DNA of 64,000 nucleotides from contig JALMLS010000353.1 of NCBI GenBank assembly GCA_038496445.1, forward strand, positions 186,001 through 250,000. Reading direction: 5' to 3'. Numbering within the stretch: position 1 is the first letter of the stretch; every line of letters begins with the position of its first letter. Position numbers and translations under genes: made by a program. Source of the DNA: Trichosphaerium sp. ATCC 40318 (taxonomy: Eukaryota > Protista > Tubulinea). Under the pieces are notes generated by a model, which saw nothing but the letters and a program-made list of their open reading frames with translations, was not told the DNA's origin and made no database searches. Shown here piece by piece: positions 63,098-64,000 of the stretch.

Positions 63098-64000
63098 TAC
63101 CTCATATTGGGTATTGTAATTAAGCAATAAAAACTAGTTTATATCACTGACGTGAGTAGAGTAAATTTAAATACTCTCGAGGTCGCACTTCCCGCTGTAA
63201 ATGTGGTATTTTATACTTTACGATGTCTGTCCGAGCCACCAAATGCAAGTGTTAAACCATTCATTAAGGTATGTAGCACGTGATACTCGTTGCTCACAGT
63301 AGCTATCTGGATTACCAGATTTGCCATCTTTGGTAATATTACGTTACTCAAGAGGTTGTTTGACATGTTATTAAATAAATACTTCACTGTCGGCATTCAT
63401 TTTTAGTTCACTGAGTTCAAATACAGAATTGTTTCTTTAAAAGATCAGAATTTCAGCAGAACAGCTGTAGACGCTACCAGTTTTAACCCGAACCCAGAAT
63501 CGACGCAAGGAAATGCGTATAAGTACAAACATTTTAATCGGTGGTTTTTTATTCGCTGAGTAAGTAAAGTCAAGAATGCGCTACACAATACGTGGCTGAC
63601 ACCAGGTATCGTAAAAACTATCGTTTCAAAAAGTATGAAAGTCTCCAATAGTGCTAAAGTAGTAAATAGAGATTTATGAATCTAAAGTACTACGAGGTAG
63701 CATCAAAGAGGTACAAATCAAGTACAGAAAAAAAGAGCAGATATTCTGTACTTGCAATTGAAATCTCGCAGTTTTCACCAGTTTCTGAAGCTTTTAAGAA
63801 CACTGCATTGTGAGCACCTCATCATTCGATATAACAGTCATGAATACAGCATCTCCTATATCAAGTTCATACGATCAACAGGGAGTATACATCTCAAAGT
63901 CTCATTTGCAAAAGAAATTGAATAAAAGCAAGCGTACGCCATTTCTACGCTACAACTAAATTTCCTCTACCTAATATCCGTCGATTTAACCATCGCGTGA

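Noticed and set aside
63100-64000. Short ORFs at the window end, and others at 17439-17621, 27793-28148 and 45190-45429
   Set aside because: No recognisable motifs or consistent splice model

Overview
This is gene-dense, AT-rich, intron-rich eukaryotic nuclear DNA in the standard code. Most introns are about 35-120 nt, GT-AG with a few GC-AG. EF-1alpha lacks the opisthokont insertion, and a cAMP-receptor-like GPCR is present, so an amoeboid (probably amoebozoan) protist is the best inference. Recognisable genes: EF-1alpha, ATG3, ABITRAM/FAM206A, a PILS-type transporter, two SET proteins, a PEBP, a PARP-like ART, tandem LamG membrane proteins, tandem Cys-rich GPI proteins and several intronless F-box genes. 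Highlights: (1) a ~310-nt minus-strand structured RNA candidate (17210-16900) with a 5'/3' closing stem, a U-tract terminator and five tandem hairpins whose stems vary but whose GAAAGA-type loop is conserved; (2) three paralogous ~70-aa 'DWY...YP...W..W.F' repeat proteins with presequence-like N-termini, one ending in a RAP/PD-(D/E)XK-like nuclease domain and two stopping just inside it; (3) unusual architectures: LOV-SAM-PB1-PAS, LIM-F-box-FN3-Hint(Vint), RFTS-DDT-WHIM and PEBP-CaaX. All gene models were spliced by eye, domain calls come from motif recognition rather than database searches, and some starts are approximate.
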